This document shows, in pieces, positions 20,891 to 29,248 of a stretch of DNA of 64,000 nucleotides. The position numbers and the translations under genes are program-made. The stretch lies in NCBI GenBank assembly GCA_046292385.1, contig JBKBRF010000023.1, forward strand, positions 32,001 through 96,000, written 5' to 3'. This DNA is from Armatimonadota bacterium. Lineage in GTDB: Bacteria > Armatimonadota > SYMT01. Each line of letters starts with the position of its first letter. The stretch's first letter is position 1. The notes under the pieces were generated by a model. That model was not told the DNA's origin. It did not search any database and saw only the letters and a list, made by a program, of their open reading frames with translations.

Positions 20891-21250
20891 GGAACCCGGG
20901 CGTCCGGAGGCGCTGCCGCAGGCAGAGCCGGAGGGCGGCATTTGTGACCACCCGTTGGCGGAGGGGTGGTCGCTCGAAGGTTTACCACCCGTACGGGTGG
21001 GTCGGGAATCAGCCCGTGAGCTCCGCTCCTGTGGGGGTAGGGCGGAGTGGCGCGGGAAGAGCCTATCGGAGCGCACTCCCGGAGCGGCCCGCTAACGGAG
21101 CGAAGCGGAGTGTGAAAGGCTTGTCCCCCGAACGGGGGGGGCCGGCGGAGGGCCCACGTCGCGGGAGGGCTGATTCCCGACACAAGGGCGCGGGGTCGGG
21201 GCGACGGTCTCGAGGCCGGTCACCGGAAGAAGGGCGAGACTTACGACCCG
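20891..21250 (+). ncRNA. Structured element family, copy B
   Basis: Perfect 15-bp long-range helix 21001-21015/21167-21181, hairpins CTGCC-GCA-GGCAG and GACCACCC..GGGTGGTC, and close similarity to copy D. Confidence 0.75.
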
Positions 21251-21519
21251 GTAAGCTCCGCCAGTCGCGCCTGGAGTCCCTCCGCGTCGAGGCCGGTGAT
21301 CCGGAAGCGCTTGTCGCGAGACTTCTCGCCGCCGATCAGCTCCACGTCCGCCCGCTTCACGCCCAGCACGTCGGCGAGGAAGTCGCGGCACGCGCGGTTG
21401 GCGGCCCCCTCGACGGGCGGGGCCGTGAGACGGATCGCGAGGACGCCCTCCCGCCAGCCGACTACCTCGCTCTTCGACGCGCGCGGCTGCACCCGGACTC
21501 GCAGCTCCGTCTGGCGCAT
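21241..21519 (-). CDS. DUF167 (YggU/UPF0235) family protein
   Basis: RVQPRASKSEVVG...APPVEGAAN...GEKSRDK, with a TGATG overlap to the upstream gene. Confidence 0.9.
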   Translation of the reverse strand: MRQTELRVRVQPRASKSEVVGWREGVLAIRLTAPPVEGAANRACRDFLADVLGVKRADVELIGGEKSRDKRFRITGLDAEGLQARLAELTGS

Positions 21520-21896
21520 CAGCCGAACAGCAGGTGGCGATAGAACTCGACGACCCGGCCCGAGTGCGCGAAGACGCCGGCCACGTAGCCGACCAGGTAG
21601 CAGACGATGACCCAGCGCATCACCTTGGTGATCAGGACCGGGTTGCGGGGCCGGTACCACTCCGCGGCGATGACGGCGGGCACGAACGTCACCATCTTGG
21701 CGACGATGAACGGCACCGTTCCCATCTCCAGAAACCGCACCAGGACCGGGTTGCCTTCCCAGGCGATTCCCTGCCAGACCCAGTAGAGGGTGGTGATGAG
21801 ATCCGCGAGGCAGATAAAGGTGATCAGCGTCCCTTCCCCGCTGACGGTACGGTGGAGGAGGGGTTTTCCAGTAGGTCCGAGGGAAGTCGCTTCCAT
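21519..21896 (-). CDS. DUF5658-like membrane protein
   Basis: ADLITT....G..WEGNP motif and three TM helices. Confidence 0.7.
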   Translation of the reverse strand: MEATSLGPTGKPLLHRTVSGEGTLITFICLADLITTLYWVWQGIAWEGNPVLVRFLEMGTVPFIVAKMVTFVPAVIAAEWYRPRNPVLITKVMRWVIVCYLVGYVAGVFAHSGRVVEFYRHLLFG

Positions 21897-21988
21897 GCAC
21901 TGCGTCCTGCCGCCCGCTGCGGCTTCCGTGCCGCCGGGCGCTGATGGGGAAGGCTACAGGAGTAGTATTCCAGATTATCGCCGATTCG

Positions 21989-22834
21989 TTAGGCTAGTTG
22001 CCGCGTGCTCGTTTGCGTGCACTCTTCTATGACGACCGTGGAGCGCCGGAGGATCGCCGCCTCCGCTCCGGGTCGCCATCGGGCGGCGCCGGAGAGCCAC
22101 TCCGCCGCGCGCTCCCGGGCGAACCCGACCTCCTCCGGCGCGTGAGAGTCCGACCCGTACGTCAGCGGCACCCCCGCGTCGACGCAGCGGCGCAGCAGCC
22201 TCTCGTCCGGGAACGGCGCGCTGCCGCCCTTCCGGATGGCGGAGGTGTTGATCTCGATGCCGACTCCCGCCCCGGCGAGGACTCGGGCCGTCTCCGCAAA
22301 CTCCTCCTCCAGGAGCGCGGGGTCGGGCGCAGGCCCAAAAGCAAGGATTCCGGTGATGTGACCCAGCACGTCGAAGAGCCCGCTCCGCGCGGAGTCCCGC
22401 ACCAGCCGGAAGTACTCGCGGTGCTGCTCCTCCGCCGGCTTCCCCTCCCGCCAGCGGCGCTGGTCGTAGATGTGGACGTCGCCCACGAAGTGCACGGAGC
22501 CGATCAGGTAGTCGAACGGGTAGGCGGAGAGCACCTCCCGGTAGAGCTCCTCGAACCCGGGGGCGTAGTCGACCTCCAGCCCGAGCAGCACGTCGATGCG
22601 CCCGGCATAGCGGCGCTTCAGCTCCAGCACCTCGTCCACGTAGCGCGGCAGCTCGCTGCGGGCCATCGCCGTGCCGGGGAGCACGTGGTCGCCGTCCCAG
22701 AAGTAGATCGGCGCGTGGTCGGTCACCCCGATCTCCCGCATGCCCAGCGAGAGCGCGGCCTCCACGTACTCCTCGATCGTGCCGCGGGCGTGGCCGCACC
22801 GCTCGTGATGGGTATGGTGGTCGAACGTCAGCAT
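21989..22834 (-). CDS. PHP-family histidinol-phosphatase (HisJ/HisK type)
   Basis: DHHTH, VTDHAP, GLEVDY, IGSVH, EINTS and GSDSH motifs. Confidence 0.85.
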   Translation of the reverse strand: MLTFDHHTHHERCGHARGTIEEYVEAALSLGMREIGVTDHAPIYFWDGDHVLPGTAMARSELPRYVDEVLELKRRYAGRIDVLLGLEVDYAPGFEELYREVLSAYPFDYLIGSVHFVGDVHIYDQRRWREGKPAEEQHREYFRLVRDSARSGLFDVLGHITGILAFGPAPDPALLEEEFAETARVLAGAGVGIEINTSAIRKGGSAPFPDERLLRRCVDAGVPLTYGSDSHAPEEVGFARERAAEWLSGAARWRPGAEAAILRRSTVVIEECTQTSTRQLA

Positions 22835-23012
22835 AGATCTCCGGTACTTCGGCGCCCCGGCAAACCAGCCGGTGCTGAGCTGTTGTACCACGTTCGCCGC
22901 CTTCGCCAACGGCGTTCTCCGAGGTGCCCCCTCTCGCGGGCCTTGCGGTGGGAGACGCGAGTGTAACCCGCGGAAGCCGGGGAGCATCCTAGTGGCGGAG
23001 GTGCAGCCAGCG

Positions 23013-25385
23013 ATGTTCCGATCTCTCCGAAACCTGATTCTCTTCTCCGTACTCGGAGCGCTGCTCTCGGCGGCAGCGCCCGCGGCGGCGCAGGGGTTGA
23101 TCCTGCCCGACCGCCGCCTGCCGATCCCCAACCCGAGGGCGGTCTCGGTGAAGTCGCAGCACATCACCATGCAGGTCAACAGCGGCGCGATGCGGGTGGA
23201 AGTCGAGCAGGTGTTCTACAACCCCAACCCGGTGCCGGTGGAGGGGACCTACCTCTTCCCGCTGCCGGAGGGTGCCGTGCCCTCCAACTTCCGGCTGCTG
23301 ATCGATAAGGAGCCGGTCGACGGCAAGATCCTCACCACGCAGGAAGCGCGGCGGATCTACGAGGCGTACCTCCGGCAGAACATCGACCCGGCGATCCTGG
23401 AGTACGCCGGCCGCAACACCTTCCGGGCGCGGGTCTTCCCGATTGCCGCGGGCGGAGAGCGGCGGATCTGGATGGGCTACTCCCAGGCGCTGGAGTTCAA
23501 CAACGGCATCTACCGCGCGGTCTACCCGCTCGATTCGGAGCGGGTGACGCAGGCGAGCGCGGGCGACGTCACCATCGACTGCACCATCCGCAGCCCGCAG
23601 CCGCTCAAGGCGGTTTACAGCCCCACGCACGAGATCCACGTGAAGCGGGAGAGCGACCACCTGGCGCGGGTCACGTTCGAGGCGAAGGAGCTGCGCGCCA
23701 ATCGGGACTTCGTGCTCTACTACACCACCTCGGAGAAGGCGTTCGGCGTGAACCTTCTCGCCCACCGGAAGGCGGGGCAGCCCGGGTACGCCATGCTGAT
23801 GCTCGCCCCGAAGCGGGAGGTGGACTCTGCCGACGTCTTGCCGAAGGACGTCGTCTTCGTGGTCGACACCTCCGGCAGCATGCAGGGCGACAAGATCGAG
23901 CAGGCGCGCAAGGCGCTCCAGACCGTGGTCGGCGCGCTGAACGACAAGGACCGCTTCAACATCATCCGGTTCAGCAGCGACGTGGTGCCGTTCCGTGAGA
24001 GCGTGGTTCCCGCCAGCCCGGAGAACCGGGCCGCCGCGTCCGCCTTCGTGGACCAGATCAAGGCGGTGGGCGGCACCGCGATCGACGACGCGCTCCAGGC
24101 CGGCCTCGCTTCTCTGCCGAAGCCGGAAGACCGCGTCGGCCGCGCGCCGTTCCTCGTCTTCGTGACCGACGGCCTGCCGACGATCGGCACGACCGACGTC
24201 GACCAGATCCTGAAGAACGCCGCGAAGGCAGCTCCGGCCGACCTGCGCCTCTTCTCGTTCGGGGTCGGCGCGGACGTGAACACGCTGCTGCTCGACCGCC
24301 TCGCCCGGGACAACCGCGGCGCGGCCGACTACATCTCCCCGTCCGAGGACCTGGAGACGGAGATCGGCAGCTTCTACGCCAAGATCGCCAACCCGGTGCT
24401 CTCCAACGTGAAGGTCTCCGTCGAAGGCGCGAAGCTGACGGAGGTCTACCCCAGCAAGGTCCCGGACCTCTTCGCCGGCACGCAGCTTCTGCTGCTGGGC
24501 CGCTACGAGGGCAGCGGCAAGGGGAGCGTGGTGCTCACCGGCGAGGTGAACGGCAAGCCGCAGCGCTACAGCTTCCCGGTGGAGCTGCCGGAGCGGAACG
24601 CGGGCGAGGAGTTCATCCCCCGGCTCTGGGCCGGCCGCCGCATCGGCTTCCTGCTGGAAGAGATCCGCCTGAACGGCGAAAAGGAAGAGCTGAAGGACGA
24701 GGTGATCCGCCTGAGCAAGGAGTGGGGCATCGTGACTCCCTACACGTCCTACCTGGTGGAAGAGCCTGGCGCGCTCGGCGCGGGATTCAGAACCCATTTC
24801 TCCATTGGTGGCGCAGAAGCTCTCGGTGGGGGTGTTGGCGGTGGCGGATTTGGCGGCGCGGCCGGCCGCCCCGGCGAGCGCGGTCCCGCGGGTCCGCCGG
24901 GACTTCCGGGGCCGGCCGGACCTCCCGGAGCCCGCGGCGCCACTCCGCCCGCGGCTTCCAAGCCCGAGGCGGAGCGGGTGCGACGCGAGACCGCGCAGAC
25001 CCGGGCGCGGCAGCAGGTGGACGGCTACTTCAACCGCTCCACCGGCTGGAACGCCGTCGAGGCGAGCAAGCGGGTGCGGGAGCTGAAGGACCGGAGCGTG
25101 GCGGAAGGCGACGTGGAGGTCCGCCGCACGGTAGAGGGCCGCGCCTTCGAGCTCCAGGGCGAAGTGTGGCGGGACCGCACCCTCCCCGCCAAGGCGAAGC
25201 CGGTGGAAGTACAGTACGGCTCGGAAGCCTATTTCCAGCTCCTGCGCGCCAAGCCGGAGTGGGCAAAGTTCCTGGCGCTCGGGCGGCAGGTCGCCTTCCG
25301 CACCGGCAAGACGGCCGCGGTGGTGATCGGCCCCAAGGGCAAGACGAAGCTCACCGAGGCCGAGCTGAAGGCGCTGGAGAAGTAA
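23013..25385 (+). CDS. Secreted VIT + vWA domain protein
   Basis: Signal peptide, VIT (EGTYLFPLPEGA), MIDAS DTSGS, VTDG and IVTPYTSYLV. Confidence 0.9.
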   Translation: MFRSLRNLILFSVLGALLSAAAPAAAQGLILPDRRLPIPNPRAVSVKSQHITMQVNSGAMRVEVEQVFYNPNPVPVEGTYLFPLPEGAVPSNFRLLIDKEPVDGKILTTQEARRIYEAYLRQNIDPAILEYAGRNTFRARVFPIAAGGERRIWMGYSQALEFNNGIYRAVYPLDSERVTQASAGDVTIDCTIRSPQPLKAVYSPTHEIHVKRESDHLARVTFEAKELRANRDFVLYYTTSEKAFGVNLLAHRKAGQPGYAMLMLAPKREVDSADVLPKDVVFVVDTSGSMQGDKIEQARKALQTVVGALNDKDRFNIIRFSSDVVPFRESVVPASPENRAAASAFVDQIKAVGGTAIDDALQAGLASLPKPEDRVGRAPFLVFVTDGLPTIGTTDVDQILKNAAKAAPADLRLFSFGVGADVNTLLLDRLARDNRGAADYISPSEDLETEIGSFYAKIANPVLSNVKVSVEGAKLTEVYPSKVPDLFAGTQLLLLGRYEGSGKGSVVLTGEVNGKPQRYSFPVELPERNAGEEFIPRLWAGRRIGFLLEEIRLNGEKEELKDEVIRLSKEWGIVTPYTSYLVEEPGALGAGFRTHFSIGGAEALGGGVGGGGFGGAAGRPGERGPAGPPGLPGPAGPPGARGATPPAASKPEAERVRRETAQTRARQQVDGYFNRSTGWNAVEASKRVRELKDRSVAEGDVEVRRTVEGRAFELQGEVWRDRTLPAKAKPVEVQYGSEAYFQLLRAKPEWAKFLALGRQVAFRTGKTAAVVIGPKGKTKLTEAELKALEK

Positions 25386-25418
25386 GGTAAGAGGTACGCT
25401 GGAGCGATTGGCCGCTTT

Positions 25419-25474
25419 CGCCTCGGACTAGAATCGAGGCTACACGGAGCGAAGCCCGCCTGCGCGGGCTCAGA
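25419..25474 (+). repeat. REP-like bipartite palindrome, left arm
   Basis: CGCCTCGGACTAGAATCGAGGCTACACGGAGCGAAGCCCGCCTGCGCGGGCTCAGA. Confidence 0.85.
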
Positions 25475-25570
25475 ACTCCACCGGTAAGCGTGTCAGTGAC
25501 TTCCCGCAACCCCTTCAAGTGAGGGCGGGTCCGCGCGGACCCGCCCCCGCTTCTCCGGAGGCGTTTTACC

Positions 25571-26203
25571 GTGGCTACGCTCGAGCTAATGGTCGAGATT
25601 CGGAGGCTCGTGGACGATGGTTTTCCGCCCGCCGTTGAGTGCGCCTTCGCGGATGCCGCAGGCCGCGAGTGGCGGTTTATAGGGAAATGCATCGATTTCA
25701 CCTCTGACATCCTCACTCTGGACAGTTCGTTTCCGCAGCCGGGATCGCTCGCCTGCGAACTGGTCTCGGTCCACGTCGATGATGAGGATCAGCCCCGGGT
25801 AGAGATTGACACCGCCTTTCCGTGGTACACCGAGGCGGTAGATGGAGAGACTCGCTTCGTCGTCCGCCCTGAGCAGCTCGAGGGCCTTGAGGCCGCGGTA
25901 GACCAGCAGCGGCGCTGGCGTGAATACCTTGCCATTCACTCCGCTCTACTCGTGCGCGCCGGAGTGCCAGACGCCTTTCTGTCTCAACAAGGAGCGTTCG
26001 TCTCGGTGCTTTGCAATGGCTCATTGCCTGATTGGAGCTGTCGAGTGGCGGATCTGTCGAGAGATCAGCAGGCGCAGCTCGAAGAGGCGGTGGTTCAGTA
26101 TCTCTACGCTGGGCTGGAGCATATGGCGATCCAGTTGTTCGACCGTGCTCGCGTTCGGGAGATCTTCCGCCGAGTTGATGAGCTGAAATCGCTTGAGAAG
26201 TAG
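25571..26203 (+). CDS. Hypothetical protein between inverted REP copies
   Basis: 210-aa ORF, visibly more AT-rich than flanking genes. N-terminal VDDGFPPAVECAFADAAGREWRF. Confidence 0.65.
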   Translation: MATLELMVEIRRLVDDGFPPAVECAFADAAGREWRFIGKCIDFTSDILTLDSSFPQPGSLACELVSVHVDDEDQPRVEIDTAFPWYTEAVDGETRFVVRPEQLEGLEAAVDQQRRWREYLAIHSALLVRAGVPDAFLSQQGAFVSVLCNGSLPDWSCRVADLSRDQQAQLEEAVVQYLYAGLEHMAIQLFDRARVREIFRRVDELKSLEK

Positions 26204-26367
26204 ACGTCGCGGGGGCGGCGCTCGCGTTTACCGGGTCATTGCCCCGCGTCCGAACCACTGAGGAGTTGCCAGGTGGGGTATCGGCAGAGCAAGTCGACCG
26301 CCCAGGACCAGGCTCCTGCGGACTAAGGTACAAGAAGTAAGTAACACCAGCTTCTCGGTCCGCCGGG

Positions 26368-26423
26368 TCTGAGCCCGCGCAGGCGGGCTTCGCTCCCTGT
26401 AGCCTCGACTTTAGTCCGAGGCG
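26368..26423 (-). repeat. REP-like bipartite palindrome, right arm (inverted)
   Basis: Reverse complement matches 25419-25474 at 53/56 positions. Confidence 0.85.
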
Positions 26424-26468
26424 CGAAGCCGGCAGTACTTCTTGCCTACCCCTTAATAGTGGTGAGGA

Positions 26469-27797
26469 TCAGCGCCGCAGTGTCAGCGTAATCCGGTCGA
26501 GGGCCAGGGCCTCGCCGGCGGGGGCGCGGAGCTCCAGCAGATGCCAGGCGGCGCTCTGGTCAGGCAGGAGCACGTCCCAGCCTCCGGAAGCCTCTCCCTT
26601 CGTCAGCGCCGCTCCATCCAGCGCGAGCGCGGTGTCTTTCGGCATGCGGCCCTCCGGCTGGATCTGCCAGCTCCCGCCGGGGAGCAGCAGCCGGTAGGTC
26701 GCGCGGCGGAAGCCGTTCTCCACCCGCTCCGTGCGCGACGGAACGAACGCGTCGGCGGCGACGGTGAGCCGCACCGGGTCGAGCTCCCGGAAGGCGCGCG
26801 CCACGTAGCCGGGCAGGTTGAGCGGCCGGGGGGTATCGAACCGGCGCCAGACCGCCCGCAGCGCGGAAGGCCCATAGATCGCCTCCAGCGCCAGCACCTG
26901 GCCGATGAACGAGTACATCCCCACGGCGTCGCCGCGCGCCAGGAGCGGCGTGCCGCCCGGATCGGCGGCGTCCGGCCCGCGCTCCAGGAACCGCTCCCGC
27001 AGCGGGGCGATCTGGTGGGTCACGTAGCCGGCGGCGTCGATCGGCTCGCCCCAGATCCCGCTCTGGCCGTTGTCTGCCAGCAGCCACTTGAGGTAGAGGC
27101 GCTCGCCCAGGTAGCCCTCTCCCCACTCCTCCGGCTCCGAGTAGGGACCGACCCGCGGCAGCACCAGGTGCGCGTACTCGTGGGCCAGCTCTCGCAGCCA
27201 TTCCGCCGGGGCGCGCTCGGTGCGGATCGCGTGCAGGTAGATGTTGCCGCGATACTCCTCCCCGCTCGGCTCTCCGCCGCGGTGGAGCCAGATGCTGGTG
27301 TAGCGGGGGGCCGGCGGCGCGTAGGCGAGGTAGTCGACCGAAATCCAGTAGAGCCGCGCCATCACGGCGCCGACCTTCCGCGCCAGCGGCTCGTCTTCCG
27401 GGGTGAGGAAGTGGACCACGAACCGCCGCTCCCGCCGCTCGCCGGAGACGCACTCCACCTGCAGGCGGTGCGGATAGTGGACGTTCAGCTTCGGGTCGCG
27501 GGCCGGGCCGTAGTCGTAGTCCCGTCCGAGCTCGCGGGAGACGTAGGTGAGCCAGCCCCGCTTCGGCGGCTTCGGCAGCAGCCGCGGATCGGAATAGACG
27601 AGCGAGCCCTCCTCCGAGATGCCGGCCTGCACACCGGTCCGCGCCTGCGCATCTCCCCGCCGGGAGATCGCCGTGGTCAGTCCGATTCCGAGCGCGCGCC
27701 GCAGCAGCGTGCGGCGTTTCCAGGCATTCCCCACCATGGGCGGCGTCCGTTCCTTCCGTGCGACCCGCGATCGAGTCCCCTCCAAGATATCGGTCAC
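26469..27797 (-). CDS. Putative exported zinc metallopeptidase-like protein
   Basis: KRRTLLRRALG Tat-like leader and ELAHEYAH...EG HExxH motif. Start uncertain. Confidence 0.6.
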   Translation of the reverse strand: MTDILEGTRSRVARKERTPPMVGNAWKRRTLLRRALGIGLTTAISRRGDAQARTGVQAGISEEGSLVYSDPRLLPKPPKRGWLTYVSRELGRDYDYGPARDPKLNVHYPHRLQVECVSGERRERRFVVHFLTPEDEPLARKVGAVMARLYWISVDYLAYAPPAPRYTSIWLHRGGEPSGEEYRGNIYLHAIRTERAPAEWLRELAHEYAHLVLPRVGPYSEPEEWGEGYLGERLYLKWLLADNGQSGIWGEPIDAAGYVTHQIAPLRERFLERGPDAADPGGTPLLARGDAVGMYSFIGQVLALEAIYGPSALRAVWRRFDTPRPLNLPGYVARAFRELDPVRLTVAADAFVPSRTERVENGFRRATYRLLLPGGSWQIQPEGRMPKDTALALDGAALTKGEASGGWDVLLPDQSAAWHLLELRAPAGEALALDRITLTLRR

Positions 27798-28045
27798 CTG
27801 GCGCTTGCTACGTTGGGAATCCGTTGGATCGATTCGAATCTGCGGCTCTACGGGAGGGAAATACGCAAGCTACCCACCAACTGCGTCATTGAAACCCAAT
27901 AACGCCGGGGCGTCTTCCCCGCTAAAGCTAAGACAGCTTGCTACCGACATCCATGGGTAAGCAAGTCGCTCACTACGCCGGTGCCCGGACCCCCAGCCGG
28001 AGCCACCGCAAGTAATCAATTCACACGCTACGCAGGAGTTCGCGC

Positions 28046-28675
28046 ATGCGTTTTGCCGTCCACTACGGTTGCTACCTCGCCATCGGAGGGGCCGCTCTCG
28101 CCCTTACCGCCGTCCCGTCGGTCTTCGCCGAGGAGATGGTGCCGCCGGCCCCGGTCCAGGCCCCGGCCGTCCCGACCCCCAGCACCGCCAAGGCGCTCCC
28201 GGCGGCGCAGGGAGAGGTTCTTCCCACTCCGGAAGAAGTCCGCTTCGTGGAGCTGGCGAACCAGGAGCGAGCCCGCCGCGGCCTCGGAAAGCTAACGATC
28301 GATCCGCTGCTGATCCGGATCGCTCGGAAGCACAGCCAGGAGATGATGGAGAAGGACTACTTCAGCCACACCTCCCCCACCCGTGGCAGCGAGACGCCGC
28401 TGGACCGGTACCGGGTAGCAGTGCCGACCCCTCCGAACGACTACGCCTGCGTGGGCGAGAACCTCTACTACTGCACCGTGGTCGACGTGCAGCGCGGGCA
28501 CTCCGCCTTCATGACCAGCCCCAAGCACCGGGAGAACGTGCTCTTCCCGCGCTTCGAGAAGATCGGCGTGGGGATCATCACGGATCAGCACGGCAAGTTC
28601 TGGGTGACGCAGATGTTCCTGACGAACACGCCCCCGGAAGTGGTAGCGAAGAACCGCAAGGTCTCCAAGCGTTAA
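28046..28675 (+). CDS. CAP/SCP domain secreted protein
   Basis: NQERARRGL, HSQEM..YFSH, GENL, SPKHRENV and IGVG motifs. Confidence 0.9.
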   Translation: MRFAVHYGCYLAIGGAALALTAVPSVFAEEMVPPAPVQAPAVPTPSTAKALPAAQGEVLPTPEEVRFVELANQERARRGLGKLTIDPLLIRIARKHSQEMMEKDYFSHTSPTRGSETPLDRYRVAVPTPPNDYACVGENLYYCTVVDVQRGHSAFMTSPKHRENVLFPRFEKIGVGIITDQHGKFWVTQMFLTNTPPEVVAKNRKVSKR

Positions 28676-28730
28676 CCGCTCGACATCTGTCGAATCCGAG
28701 CGCGGGAAGGCAGCAACCGGAGGGGACACT

Positions 28731-29039
28731 GGGTAAAGGCAACTCCTGGCGAGATCGTCATCTCACCGGGGTTCCACCCCCCGCCCTCCCCGAACGGAGC
28801 GGCCCTCCCGCGTGATCGGCCCTCCCGCAGTCCTTTCACGCTCCGGCTTCGCCTTCGCTAGCGGACTGCTCCGGGCGTGCGCCCCGGCAGGCCGCGCTCC
28901 GCGACCGAGAGCTGCGTCGCAAACCGTCACTGCGAATCACGGGCCGCGCCGTCCGGCTCAAGCGAGGCCCCCGCGCTTGGGGCCTCACAAGGGGACCCCT
29001 CCGCCTCCGCCTCCGGGCTCCGCAGGTACCCACGCGCGG
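28731..29039 (-). ncRNA. Structured element family, copy C
   Basis: Colinear with copy E (GCGGAGCCCG, CCCCTTGTGA, GCTTGAGCCGG, GCCCGTGA, CACGCGGGAGGGCCGCTCC, GGGGTGGAAC..GGTGAGATG). 16-bp helix 28790-28805/28941-28956. Confidence 0.75.
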
Positions 29040-29090
29040 CGACCGCGGCGCAATCATCGCGTGACGAGTAGAGTCCCCCGGCAGGGAATA

Positions 29091-29129
29091 CAAAACGGCC
29101 CCGGATCGCAGCTCTCGATCCGGGGCCGT
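29091..29129 (-). terminator. Rho-independent terminator downstream of the Gfo/Idh/MocA gene
   Basis: 14-bp stem ACGGCCCCGGATCG/CGATCCGGGGCCGT followed by TTTG on the minus strand. Confidence 0.7.
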
Positions 29130-29147
29130 GCTGTCGGTTCGGGAGCT

Positions 29148-29223
29148 CCAGGTTAGCAAGTTGCGGGTTCCGAACCCCGCCTATCGTGGAGCCAACCTGT
29201 AACCTGCCAACTTGCTAACCTGG
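29148..29223. repeat. 16-bp perfect inverted repeat of CAGGTT-type units
   Basis: CCAGGTTAGCAAGTTG / CAACTTGCTAACCTGG. Similar units at 18520-18595 and 44444-44466. Confidence 0.75.
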
Positions 29224-29248
29224 AACAAGCATCTCCGGCCGGTGCGAG

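Noticed and set aside
20891..21250. Group II intron, tRNA, tmRNA or RNase P identity for the structured elements
   Set aside because: I could not find a GUGYG start with a domain V motif, a cloverleaf, a tag reading frame or the RNase P P4 consensus by eye. A covariance-model search is still needed.
27800..28045. Riboswitch upstream of the CAP gene
   Set aside because: No c-di-GMP, c-di-AMP or other consensus was recognised. It is more likely a divergent promoter region.
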